DNA of 64,000 bases, from assembly GCA_002269645.1 (NCBI GenBank), contig NIVC01000106.1, forward strand, positions 558,001 through 622,000, in the 5' to 3' direction. The notes beneath the pieces are model-generated. The model was given only the letters and a program-made list of their open reading frames with translations, did not search any database and was not told where the DNA came from. The translations under genes were made by a program, and so were the position numbers. The stretch is from Macrostomum lignano (lineage: Eukaryota). Of this stretch, positions 23,395-35,094 are shown one piece after another; position 1 is the first letter of the stretch, and the number at the start of each line of letters is the position of its first letter.

Positions 23395-24465
23395 CAACTG
23401 ACACTCTGGGAGGCTGGCCCAGCAACTGATGAGGATCTGGAAGGCTGGCCCAGCAACTGATGAGGATCTGGGAGGCTGGCCCAGCAACTGATGAGGATCT
23501 GGGAGGCTGGCCCAGCAACTGATGAGGATCTGGGAGGCTGGCCCAGCAACTGATGAGGATCTGGGAGGCTGGCCCAGCAACTGATGAGGATCTGGGAGGC
23601 TGGTCCAGCAACTGATGAGGATCTGGGAGGCTTTCCCAGCGACTGATGAGGATCTGGGAGGCTGGCCCAGCAACTGATGAGGATCTGGGAGGCTGGTCCA
23701 GCAACTGATGAGGATCTGGGAGGCTTTCCCAGCAACTGATGAGGATCTGGAAGGCTGGCCCAGCAACTGATGAGGATCTGGGAGGCTGGCCCAGCAACTG
23801 ATGAGGATCTGGGAGGCTGGCCCAGCAACTGATGAGGATCTGGGAGGCTGGTCCAGCAACTGATGAGGATCTGGGAGGCTTTCCCAGCGACTGATGAGGA
23901 TCTGGGAGGCTGGCCCAGCAACTGATGAGGATCTGGGAGGCTGGCCCAGCAACTGACACTCTGGGAGGCTGGCCCAGCAACTGACACTCTGGGAGGCTGG
24001 CCCAGCAACTGATGAGGATCTGGGAGGTTGGCCCAGCAACTGATGAGGATCTGGGAGGCTGGCCCAGCAACTGACACTCTGGGAGGCTGGCCCAGCAACT
24101 GGCACTCTGGGAGGCTGGCCCAGCAACTGAGGATCTGGGAGGCTTGCCCAGCAACTGACACTCTGGGAGGCTGGCCTAACAACTGACACTCTGGGAGGCT
24201 TGCCCAGCAACTGACACTCTGGGAGGCTGTCCCAGCAACTGATGAGGATCTGGGAGGCTGGCCCAGCAACTGACACTCTGGGAGGCTGGCCCAGCAACTG
24301 ACACTCTGGGAGGCTGGCCCAGCAACTGACACTCTAGGAGGCTTGATGAGAATCTGAGAGGCTGTCCCAGCAACTGATGAGGATCTGAGAGGCTGTCCCA
24401 GCAACTGATGAGGATCTGAGAGGCTGTCCCAGTAATTGATGATGATCTGGGTGGCTGGCGCAGTA
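23395..24465. repeat. GAGGATCTGGGAGGCTGGCCCAGC satellite, array 3
   Basis: 31-bp (CAACTGATGAG) and 28-bp (CAACTGACACTCT) units; same orientation as arrays 1 and 2. Confidence 0.96.
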
Positions 24466-24640
24466 CGCGCGTGCGCACAGCTGGTGACTGTTGGTCTTTG
24501 AGCACGAGAATCAGATTTCGTAGTTACATGTACGAGTTATTTATATGCAGTCTATGGTATTGGAAATGAGAATGATGAGGATTGAAAATTTGCATCTATT
24601 TTGTCTGAGACAAGACAAACAAGAAATTCTTCAATAATAA

Positions 24641-27600
24641 ATGAATCGATCTTATAGAGCCGTCCTGAGCATGAGCAGCTTACCCAAAGCCATGGAGAGA
24701 CAAAATCCAAGCTTACTTGCTAGCAGCAATTCAGCAGCAGAGGACAATACATGTACAAGTTCAACCGTCACGTCAACCAGGCGACGGTTGCACTACATGG
24801 ATTTTGGTCGATTAGAGCAGTTCCTTCAACGTAGATTGAACGAAGTTCAAGAGCGTCAAAATCATCAGCAGGAGCATCAGGCGTCTCCTGCAACTATGGA
24901 GGTGCCCAATGAAGCTAAATATAACCATCTAGCATCGCCACTGACTACTCAGTCCAGCCGGTCAGCAGCCACCGCCAGGAATTGGTTGCAGCGGGCCAAC
25001 GGAGCTCGTCGGCGTGTTGCCCGTCGTTTGTCGTCAGTTCTGGCCGGCTGTCTGCGAGGAGGTGAACGCGTTGAAGGCGAACTGGTTGACGCTGGTCCAG
25101 AGGTCGCTGGGTTGCCCATGCAGCCGCTGAAGAGAATCGATGAGAGCAACGAACGGCAGCGCTGCAACAACGCCACCGCTGATGAGCTGACATCGGCCAA
25201 TGCGAGATCCAGCGTCTTGCCTACAATTGAGGCCGTTGACTTGGTGCCAGGTTGGTTTGCTCCGTCTGTTTTTTCTTGGTGTCTGTCTCTGTTTTCTGTC
25301 TGTCTCTGGAGCTGTCTGTATTTATAAATCAACAAATGTAAATTATCGTAGGAAAGTAGTGGGAACTCTGGCGCTAACACATTCGACGTCATTTTTCCTG
25401 AGGCAATGAGCTGCGAGGCAGCTCTGGGGCAATTCTGTTCACTCCTCTGACTGTATGCAGACACGCACTCATACAAACGCTTCACCGGGTGGTCCCAAAT
25501 GATGTCGTGTCACACCTTGCAGCAGCAGCTGAAGTGTCATCCGCAGGCGCTAAGTCGGGCACTCGTCGCTCCGCCAGGAGCAGCGGCAGGAGGAGCCCTC
25601 GCTCTTGCGCCACCACCCTGACGGCTGTGTCAGCCAGTCGGCTGGTCTCGTTACCATCGTCGACAACAGCCCGGACACCGACTCCAACTGCTACTCGAAC
25701 TTCGAAGTCGTCAGCGACATCCCGTCAGAGACGCCATCGTCACGTACAGAGCGACGACACCAACGACAAGACGGCCCTGTTGAGATCTTCCGGCAGCGAG
25801 CAACCGGACGCGAACCTTGACATTGATCACCAGCTGGTGAACTTCAGCGCAGCGACAAATTCGGTTATCGACGCCGTCAGGGTGGACCGTTTCTTGAAAC
25901 GCGGCGCCGCCGGCGCTGTAGTCGGCGGGGCCGGGGGCGTCATTACCAGCGGAGCAGGGAAAACTGCGACTGTTGCAAAAAAAGACGGTTTTGCTGGTAA
26001 AATCACGCCCGTCGGCAAAGGCCCCGCTGCAGGCAGAGGTGCCAAAAAGGTTGTTGCTGGGCAAAGTCGCGAGTTGGGCGGTGGCAATACGAAACTAGCG
26101 AAAGTGAGTCTGAGTCCTGTTTTTTCTTTGCAGGCACTTATAATGCACTTATTGATACGAGTTGGTCTATTCACGAGCCTACCAAAGTTTAAAAGATTTT
26201 ATTAGTAGTATCAGAATGCTAACAAAATCATTATTGAGCTATTTTAATACAAGGGAATAGAGGTGAGATAGAGGGGTATTAGAGAGGTGAGAGAGAGGGG
26301 TATTAGAGAGGTGAGTTAGAGGGGTATTAGAGAGGTGAGATAGAGGGGTATTAGAGAGGTGAGATAGAGGGGTATTAGAGAGGTGAGATAAAGGGGTATT
26401 AGAGAGGTGAGACAGAGGGGTACTTAGGAGTTTAAGAGTGGCTTAAAAAGAATCAGAAAGAGTCGGGAGCTCCCAAAACAGGTGCAAAGGAGCAAAGCAA
26501 TAAAAAAATAGAAATAAATATTGTAATAAATTTATGATTGAAAATTATTCATACTTACTTCTAAATCGTTTTGTATCAACTTTATAAAAAAGAAGCGGCC
26601 CGTAAAGAAGTCAGGCAAGAAGTCGGCCAGATCTAAGAATTCCGGCACAACCGCTGGTGCTTCTAGCCTGAACAAGCTGGTGACCATCACCTCCGAGGGT
26701 GTAGCCTGGAGCGACGAATTAGAATCGTTGGGCAATGCGCCAATTAATGAGCTCTACAGACCAGGCGCAGTCGAAAGGCGTCCGGCGCACCGGCTTCCAG
26801 AGGATCCTGTGCACGATCCGCCGAAAAGTGTGGCACTACGGCGTACCATCGAGTGTCCGCTGGTACCGCTGACTACCTATAAGACCGACAAGAAGGGCGA
26901 GCTGTTTTATTCAGTGGTAAGATTGTCCCACTGGACGTCTGTGATTGCAGTTGGTCACGTGATCCGTAAAAGCTCCTAGCTGATCTCGCTTTTTATGGCT
27001 GTACATTCGCAGCAACCCCACTCCGCTACACTGGGAGTCTGCGGTTGCAGTTGGTCACGTGATCTGCAAAAGCTCCTAGCTGATCTCGCTTTTTATGACT
27101 TAAAATGTACAGAAACCTCACTCCACTAGGCGTCAATAATTGTGATTGGTCACGTGATCCATAGAAGCTCCATAGCCGATCTCGCATTTTTTGGCTGTAC
27201 ATTTGCAGCAACCTCACCTCCGGATAGACTGGGGAGTATCTATCATTGCAATCGGTCACGTGATCCATAAAAGTCACGTGATCTTTTCAAACTTCACGAT
27301 TAATTTTTACATATACATATGTACTCTGTATATAGCTACGAGTACAGTGGTCCTTGCTTCTACGTTGGCGAAGGGCCTGTTACTTTTAAAACTACATTGT
27401 GCGCTGCAAAATAAACGTCTTGCACACCGAAAGTCGTGGAAGAGGGCTATGGCTCACTGACGAAGGCAAACAAGCCAGAAAGCGGTCTAGGTCTATATAC
27501 TAGGTCACATCATGTACTATACGTACACTTGTAATCAATTAAAACAAAAGCAAACAAAAAAACAGGGCCATTCATCTACTGCAGGTCCAACTGTGCCAAA

Positions 27601-28043
27601 CGTGCCGTAAAGACGTCTGTCCGAGATGTCGCCGCAGTCTGTGCACATTCTGCACGGCTATCACCTGTTCAGACTGTCGCATGCTGTTGCACCAGATGGT
27701 CGAGATTGGCAAAGTCGATGGCGGCGGCGGAGGAGGACGCAGGTCGCTGGTCCGAGCCAGCCAATCGCAGCAGAGACAGCAGATGCAGCCGTACTGTCAC
27801 TCTTGCGAGAAACCGGTTTGCCTAGTCTGCATCGACAGCCTGTCGATGTCGCTGCCAACTAACGATCGTTGCGTTCAGCACAGCATCTCTGGCAACGTTT
27901 ACGAAAACATCTGTCCCTGGTGCGGCCGGACAATCTGCCGGGAGTGCCGTCGGAGTTCATGCTTTGCCTGCACCAAAGCGTTTCAGTGCGCCTGTCAAAG
28001 CAGCTGTCAGTGCGACAGTTACGCTAACCTGCAAAATTCATGA
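24641..28043 (+). CDS. Uncharacterised protein (~697 aa): low-complexity/basic N-terminal part and CxxC-rich C-terminal domain
   Basis: Proposed exons 24641-25250, 25403-26103, 26593-26916, 27585-28043; phases 1,0,0 compatible; 2094 nt open. The last exon encodes many CxxC pairs (CQTC, CPRC, CTFC, CSDC, CHSC, CLVC, CPWC, CREC, CFAC). The acceptor at 26593 is weak and the start codon is uncertain. Confidence 0.6.
26260..26422. repeat. 24-bp purine-rich tandem repeat (intron)
   Basis: AGAGAGGTGAGATAGAGGGGTATT units. Confidence 0.9.
26935..27285. repeat. ~100-bp degenerate tandem repeat carrying CACGTG E-boxes
   Basis: GTCACGTGATC with CACGTG at 26956, 27056, 27151, 27257 and 27275. Confidence 0.85.
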
Positions 28044-29070
28044 TCTGATGCTATGATCGGCACACTGAGTTATAGGAATGGAAGTCGTATGAAATGTTCG
28101 TTTTCTGCTTGATTCAATGCTTGAGCTGTGTAAGGACGATTTTTCTGCATATTTTGATTGAAGAAGTTCATGATATTAGCCCATACGCGGGCATACATGT
28201 ACATGTATGTACTTACATTGTAAGTGATCACTAATTAATTGATTTTCAAAGAAATACACTCGACCCATCGCATTTCCCAGACGGAAATTAGATTCTTCCG
28301 TCTAATCTACGATGACAAATTTAAAGGATCCCGATCTGTTGATCAGAAAAATATTGTTTTCATGTAACATTTGCATGTCATATAATTCGATCGAGAATTT
28401 CATACATGTATACCAAAGAAAGGAACCACGGTAAAAAATTCGATCTAGTGGTTCTTGATCGATGACAATGACATGCATATAACGTTCAAGTCTACCATCG
28501 ATGGTACAGCATGATTTTGCAGCACACGCTTTAATTTTTAGTGAAACATCTAATGGAATCCTTAATCTAAAAATACTCTTACTATTGAAGATTTAAACAA
28601 CTATAACGCCTTGTAAAGTTACAGATGCACAAAGCCAGAGCCTCCTGTTCTGTAAGTTAAACTGTCATGTACGTGTTCGGCTACGAAGGACAAACTTAGT
28701 CGGAAATGTAGCTTCCTCTGAACTGTAAATTTTTTAGTTTTCTGAAACCTAGATTAAATGTATTTAAGCTATTAAAATCCTTTCTTAAAAGCTGTTTTTG
28801 ACAATCGAAATTGTGCTATTTGTTTGAAAGCACTGCCTAAGCGGTTTTAAATCTTAATTATTCTAAGAAATCTCTATAAATTTCACCAATTTAAGGATAA
28901 AAGTGTGACGAAGTCAACAGAAGTATCGGACAGAATTTGACTCCGTCACAAGTGAATCGAGATTTTTTGGCAATCTTTCACATAAATCATTTAAAGGCCA
29001 ACTAGCCTCACTTCTATTCTGTATTCGCTGATATTTTGGTGGACGTGAACAATTTTTAAACCGACTTAAA

Positions 29071-31543
29071 ATGGCTTTGCGATCCTTTCTTCTCAAGAAT
29101 TTGAGTTTAAACTACATAAGTTTTATTGCAAATGGCTTGCGACAGAAACCAACCAAATTTATGAACATTCTGAGGACAAAGACCCAATACGAAGCGTTAT
29201 TCAGGTTCAAAAGAGGCAAAGTGAGTGCAAAAGCGTTTTTATTTTTGAATATGTAGATATAGAACTGCAGAAAAAAACACTACTTACTTCATCAGATTAA
29301 CTAATGTAAGACATTGTCTATTTTAACCCCGATTAAAAATATAAATACTTAACCTTTTTTAGATTCCAATTCTATCAAAGTCTGGTCATAAGTGGCTGAT
29401 TCTATTTTGCAATCCAGTTTATCTATTGGCCTTTTCACTTTTTCAATCTAAAGGTAAGAATTATTTGAATAAAAATTAAAGAAACAAGTATCGTTTTGAA
29501 TTGAATTTGAAAATAATATTAATGTAACATTTTTAATTTGTTTTTTCATGAAGCTTTTTTTATGTTTTTTGTGTTGATTAGTTATTCTATTTAATTAATT
29601 TTATACCTTATTTTATACCTTATATATACCTTATACCTTACCCGATACCTTAATTTTAACTTAAGGTATCAAAATTTATTTATTTTTATATTTCTATTGT
29701 GTTTTGTTTTACCTTTATTTATATTTAATAATCTGGATTTTTATTAGAGCTGGAATAGTTTTTTACCCTATTGAAAATGTCTTAAATCCCAAAAAATTGG
29801 TATCTTGACCTTATTTACCTAGTCCTAACAGGATTGATCCTATTTAATATCTTTTATTTTAGATGTTTTATTTTTTATCCAAATCCAAAGCCAGATTTTG
29901 ATAAAAATAAATAATATAACATATCATTTCTATTGTTTTAGTGTAATTATAGCTTTGTGATAGGGTCTATTATGGCAACTATGGAAATATGGTACCTTGA
30001 AGTTTTTTTATAGTTATAGTTTCTCATTATCAATTATTATAAAAAATTACTGATAGTGATAATAATAAATGCAAAAAACTCTGTTTAAACTGCTTTTATG
30101 ACTGCAACTACAGAAATGCCCATAACTAAGCTTATACAGTACAATAAACCTCATTATAGGGAAACACAATTTGTTCCCACCACAGAAAACCAGCCTACAA
30201 TCGAATCTGCTAGCCTGGAGCAGCTTCTAGCCAATGTAGACAAGCTGCACACATCTGGTTCCGAAGCTGAGGCTTACAGCCAGCTGTGCAACGCCCTCGC
30301 CACTGGCTCTGCTGTCTACCAATGCGCCGAAGTGTTCTGGCGCGCAGCCCGCGGCGCCCGCGCCATGGCCAACGCCACACACGACGAATCAGCTAGGAAA
30401 GCGCTGACCTACGAGGCATTCGAATTCGCCAAGCAAGGCCTGGCTCTGGAGCCACAGAACTCGGCCTGCCACAAGTGGATGGGGATTCTGCTGGAGCTCA
30501 CGGGCCGGTTCGAGGGTACAAAGAAACGAATAGAAAATTCCTATTTAGTTCGGGATCACTTTCAGCGGGCTGTCGAGGCCAAGCCAGATGACGCCGTCGT
30601 ATTGCACTGCCTCGGAGCCTGGTGCTTTGAAGTGGCCGACCTGCCCTGGTATCAGCGGAAACTGGCTGCGGCCTTCTTTGCCACGCCGCCATCGTCCAGT
30701 TATGATGAGGCGTTGAAATACCTGCTGAAGGCCGAGGAAGGTGGGCTATACTAACCGGAAGTGTAGGTTGTTTGTATATACTAACCGGAAGCGTAGGTTG
30801 TTTGTATATACTGACCGGAAGTGTAGGTTGTTTGTATATACTAACCGGAAGTGTAGGTTGTTTGTATATACTAACCGGAAGCGTAGGTTGTTTGTATATA
30901 CTGACCGGAAGTGTAGGTTGTTTGTATATACTAACCGGAAGTGTAGGTTGTTTGTATATACTGACCGGAAGTGTAGGTTGTTTGTATATACTGACCGGAA
31001 GTGTAGGTTGTTTGTATATACTGACCGGAAGTGTAGGTTGTTTGTATATACTGACCGGAAGTGTAGGTTGTTTGTATATACTAACCGGAAGTGTAGGTTG
31101 TTTGTATATACTGACCGGAAGTGTAGGTTGTTTGTATATACTGACCGGAAGTGTAGGTTGTTTGTATATACTGACCGGAAGTGTAGGTTGTCTGTATATA
31201 CTAACCGGAAGCGTAGGTTGTCTTCTGTGACTCAGTGACCTAAAATCTATAGAATTAGTTTTTAATTCGACCCTAATCAACAGTCACTTTTCAATTTCAG
31301 TTGACCCGAATTTGTACAGCAGCAATTTGCTGTACATCGGCAAAGCCTACCTGCGCAAAGGTGACAGGACCAATGCGCGGACTTATCTGCAGAGAACTGT
31401 CAATTATAAGGGCGACACGGTTGACGACAAACAGGTTTGTTTTAATTTGCTGTTTTGATCTTTTTGAAACAAATCATTTTATTCAAATTTTGTTTTTCTT
31501 TCAGTCAAGAGATGAAGCGGCGCAGTTGTTGAAGTCCATCTGA
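29071..31543 (+). CDS. RMDN1: Regulator of microtubule dynamics protein 1 (RMD/FAM82, TPR-like), 5 exons, 322 aa
   Basis: Exons 29071-29220, 29363-29453, 30186-30740, 31301-31434, 31505-31543; phases 0,1,1,0; 969 nt. EVFWRAAR...CHKWMGI...ADLPWYQRKLAAAFFATPPSSSYDEALKYLLKAEEVDPNLYSSNLLYIGKAY matches recalled RMDN1. The basic N-terminus resembles a mitochondrial targeting peptide. Confidence 0.92.
30751..31222. repeat. 30-bp tandem repeat (16 units) in RMDN1 intron 3, each unit with an ETS core
   Basis: ACCGGAAG(T/C)GTAGGTTGTTTGTATATACT(G/A). Confidence 0.96.
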
Positions 31544-32274
31544 GCTGGGTTGAGATTCGCGAACAAAAGGACATTGAGACATTTTTAAGTATGAGCTTAA
31601 TGTCTGTATTTGTTTATTTATATAATTATTTGTGTACAAGTTCAATTTTAATGTGACTTATAAGTTATTGAATGTAACAATAAATACAAGTATAAGTGAG
31701 TTTATTAGATGTAATTTTCATTGTTTAACAAATATTAATTCGTTAAATAAAAAATTTTCTTCTGTAACAATTGGTTTAAATACATATTTGCCAATCAAAA
31801 AGTTATTGATTAAAGCAAAATCAATGTTATTACAGCTCGTGGTTAGTTTGCAGGAATACGCTTGCACGGGATGTACATACGAGCGTATTATATTTGGTCA
31901 GTTAATTTGCGTATTATATACTGTAGTTTTATTGCTAGAATCAGAACTGTAAGTAGTTGATGCGCGTTTTGTTAGAGTTTTTATATACTGCAGGAAATTT
32001 CTTAGACACTTCATGGATTACTAATTATTACATGTCATTGTCAGACCTGGCGGCATTTTAAGCTTTCAGTTTTAGCTCTGGCTGGGCAATATGGTTCACC
32101 TCACCTAAACTTCCAGATTAAATATTATGCATGCGAAACTGTATTGCGTCTAACTAAAAAACAGATTAGTACTATGGTAAGCTACTACAGTGTAGTTCGT
32201 TTTCAGAGGACAGAGGCCGTATCTGACACGCTCACTCAGGGTTCTGGCGCTGGGGGCCGTTTACTGCTGACACT

Positions 32275-33580
32275 CTTGGTGCCAAAGCCCCTGGTGCTAA
32301 AGGCACTGGTGCTAAAGCCCTGGTGCCAAAGCCCCTGGTGCTAAAGGCACTGGTGCTAAAGCCCTGGTGCTAAAGCCACTGGTGCTAAAGCCACTGGTGC
32401 TAAAGCCCTGGTGCTAAAGCCACTGGTGCTAAAGCCACTGGTGCTAAAGCCCCTGGTGCTAAAGCCACTGGTGCTAAAGCCACTGGTGCTAAAGCCACTG
32501 GTGCTAAAGCCACTGGTGCTAAAGCCCCTGATGCTAAAGCCCTGGTGCTAAAGCCACTGGTGCTAAAGCCACTGGTGCTAAAGCCCCTGGTGCTAAAGCC
32601 CTTGATGCTAAAGCCCAGTGTCTAGTGCTGAAGGCACTGGTGCTAAAGCCCCTGGTGCTAAAGCCCCTGGTGTTAAAGCCCTTGATGCTAAAGCCCCTGG
32701 TGCTAAAGCCCTGGTGCTAAAGCCACTGGTGCTAAAGCCCTTGATGCTAAAGCCCCTGGTGCTAAAGCCCTTGATGCTAAAGCCCAGCCCCTAGTGCTAA
32801 AGGCACTGGTGTTAAAGGCACTGGTGCTAAAGGCACTGGTGCTAAAGCCCTGGTGCTAAAGCCACTGGTGCTAAAGCCACTGGTGCTAAAGCCCCTGGTG
32901 CTAAAGCCACTGGTGCTAAAGCCACTGGTGCTAAAGCCACTGGTGCTAAAGCCACTGGTGCTAAAGCCCCTGATGCTAAAGCCCTGGTGCTAAAGCCACT
33001 GGTGCTAAAGCCCCTGGTGCTAAAGCCCTTGATGCTAAAGCCCAGCGCCTAGTGCTGAAGGCACTGGTGCTAAAGCCCCTGGTGCTAAAGCCCCTGGTGT
33101 TAAAGCCCTTGATGCTAAAGCCCCTGGTGCTAAAGCCCTGGTGCTAAAGCCACTGGTGCTAAAGCCCTTGATGCTAAAGCCCCTGGTGCTAAAGCCCTTG
33201 ATGCTAAAGCCCAGCCCCTAGTGCTAAAGGCACTGGTGTTAAAGGCACTGGTGCTAAAGGCACTGGTGCTAAAGCCCTGGTGCTAAAGCCACTGGTGTTA
33301 AAGCCCCTGGTGCTAAAGCCACTGGTGCTAAAGCCCCTGGTGCTAAAGCCACTGGTGCTAAAGCCCCTGGTGCTAAAGCCACTGGTGCTAAAGCCACTGA
33401 TGCTAAAGCCCTGGTGCTAAAGCCACTGATGCTAAAGCCCTGGTGCTAAAGCCCCTGGTGCTAAAGCCCCTGGTGCTAAAGCCACTGGTGCTAAAGCCAC
33501 TGATGCTAAAGCCCCTGGTGCTAAAGGCCCTGGTGCTAAAGCCCCTGGTGCTAAACCCCCGGTGCTTAAGGCACTGGGTG
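32275..33580. repeat. 15/16-bp CTGGTGCTAAAGCC satellite
   Basis: Reverse complement GGCTTTAGCACCAG matches the Mx intron 5 satellite. Confidence 0.96.
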
Positions 33581-33740
33581 CTTGTGAAATGTATTCAATA
33601 GTTTCACATTTTTAATATTTATTTTGAAAAAATGTTTAATTTTCAAACTGGAAGCTCAGCTGATGGTATTTAGATAATTTATGACCTAAAATAACAATTC
33701 CTCTGTCCTGTCCATCGAGCTACTTTAGCGATCAAATAAA

Positions 33741-34876
33741 TCATATCTGCTGCTGCTGCTGCTGTTGTTGTTGTTGTTGACTGCGGACCGAGCTCGGAAT
33801 AACCGGACCAGGTACCAAACCCCTACCGCTGACAGAGCCAGCGACAAAGGCTGAGCACAGAGGGCCGGACCGAGCCACATCCACCGCCCCTGAGCCAGGA
33901 GCGGTGACCGATTCCCGGCGCTCTTCGCCGCCCGAAGAACGGGCGTTGCCTCCCCCCCGCGACAAAGACGCGGCGCCGGATAGGGCCTGCTGATTACCCA
34001 GCAGGCTGGGAGTAAATCCCAGGGGGTGCTGCTGTTGTTGTTGTTGTTGTTGTAAGGGGCTAGCCTGCCAGGAAGCGCCTCCGAACGCCGGGCAGGGAGG
34101 GGACAAGCCACGCATCATCCTGGACTCCAGAAGGGTGGTTGCTGCCAGCGTGGGAGCATGGCATGTTATCCTCCCACCGGAGCCAGTCAGCGCCAACGTC
34201 ATCCCAGACGAGTCAGCCAAGGGACCAGACGCAGCCTCGCCTGGGGCGAGTGCTGGACCGGCCGACCCTGGCTTCGGCGCCTGGTCGGTCGCACTCCCAG
34301 CCGAGTCGGAGTGCCTGCCTGCCAGCAGGGGGGCAGGGACGCAGGCAGCCGCTGTGTCCCTGTCGACAGCCGAAGGGTGGACACTTTGGTTCTCCTGCCG
34401 CCGGCAACCGGCGGGAGCCGACGACAGGATTAAGCCGGGTCGCCACGACAAGGCAGTGTCCATGACCGTGCCCCCGATGGACTGGGGCACCCGGTCCCTG
34501 TTGGGGCCGGCGGGCTGCTGCTGCTGCTGCCGCTGCTCCTTTTTCCAGCGCATCCGCCGGTTCTGGTACCAAATCTTCACGTGCCTCTCCGTCACCAGAA
34601 GACTGTCTGCCAGCTCCCTTCTTCTGGCTCTAGTCAGGTATTTGGTGAAGTGGAATTCTTTCTCAAGTTCCAACAATTGCAGGCGACTGTAGTTGGTTCT
34701 TTGTCGTCTGATTTTCACGACTGCCTGTTGTTGATACTGCAGGTGGCTGCTGGTGCTTGATTGACACTTGCCTGACCACAGAATCTGCTGCTGATGATGC
34801 TGATGATGAGGTTGTCCGGTTTTAGAATCTGCCGCCTCGCTTTTGACCTCTGTGCACCTTCTGGGATCCGACTGTG
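33741..34876 (-). CDS. ANTP-class homeobox gene, homeodomain-containing terminal exon; most like Xlox/Pdx (ParaHox)
   Basis: Homeodomain 34712-34533: [60 protein letters not shown]. Open frame extends to an acceptor CTCTCCAG at 34877 (alternative CAG at 34872); polyQ tracts; stop at 33741. Upstream exon unresolved. Confidence 0.88.
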
Positions 34877-35094
34877 CTGGAGAGTGGTGATGATTGATGG
34901 AATTGTTTTGTTTCGTTAAAAATCTGACTCGATCTTAAGTACCTGCGCCATGTACTTACAAGCCTACTGTAAGTAGCAAACCGTGCGATAATTAAAAAAA
35001 GTTATTAACATGACGGGTAGTTTAACTTTTATGAATTTTCGGTTTTACGCATCGCGAGGTGACACCAGTGACATATAACAATGTGACGCTATCC

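Noticed and set aside
10712-24465. CTGATGAG hammerhead core in the GAGGATCTGGG satellite
   Set aside because: No downstream GAAA or stem II/III arrangement in the unit.
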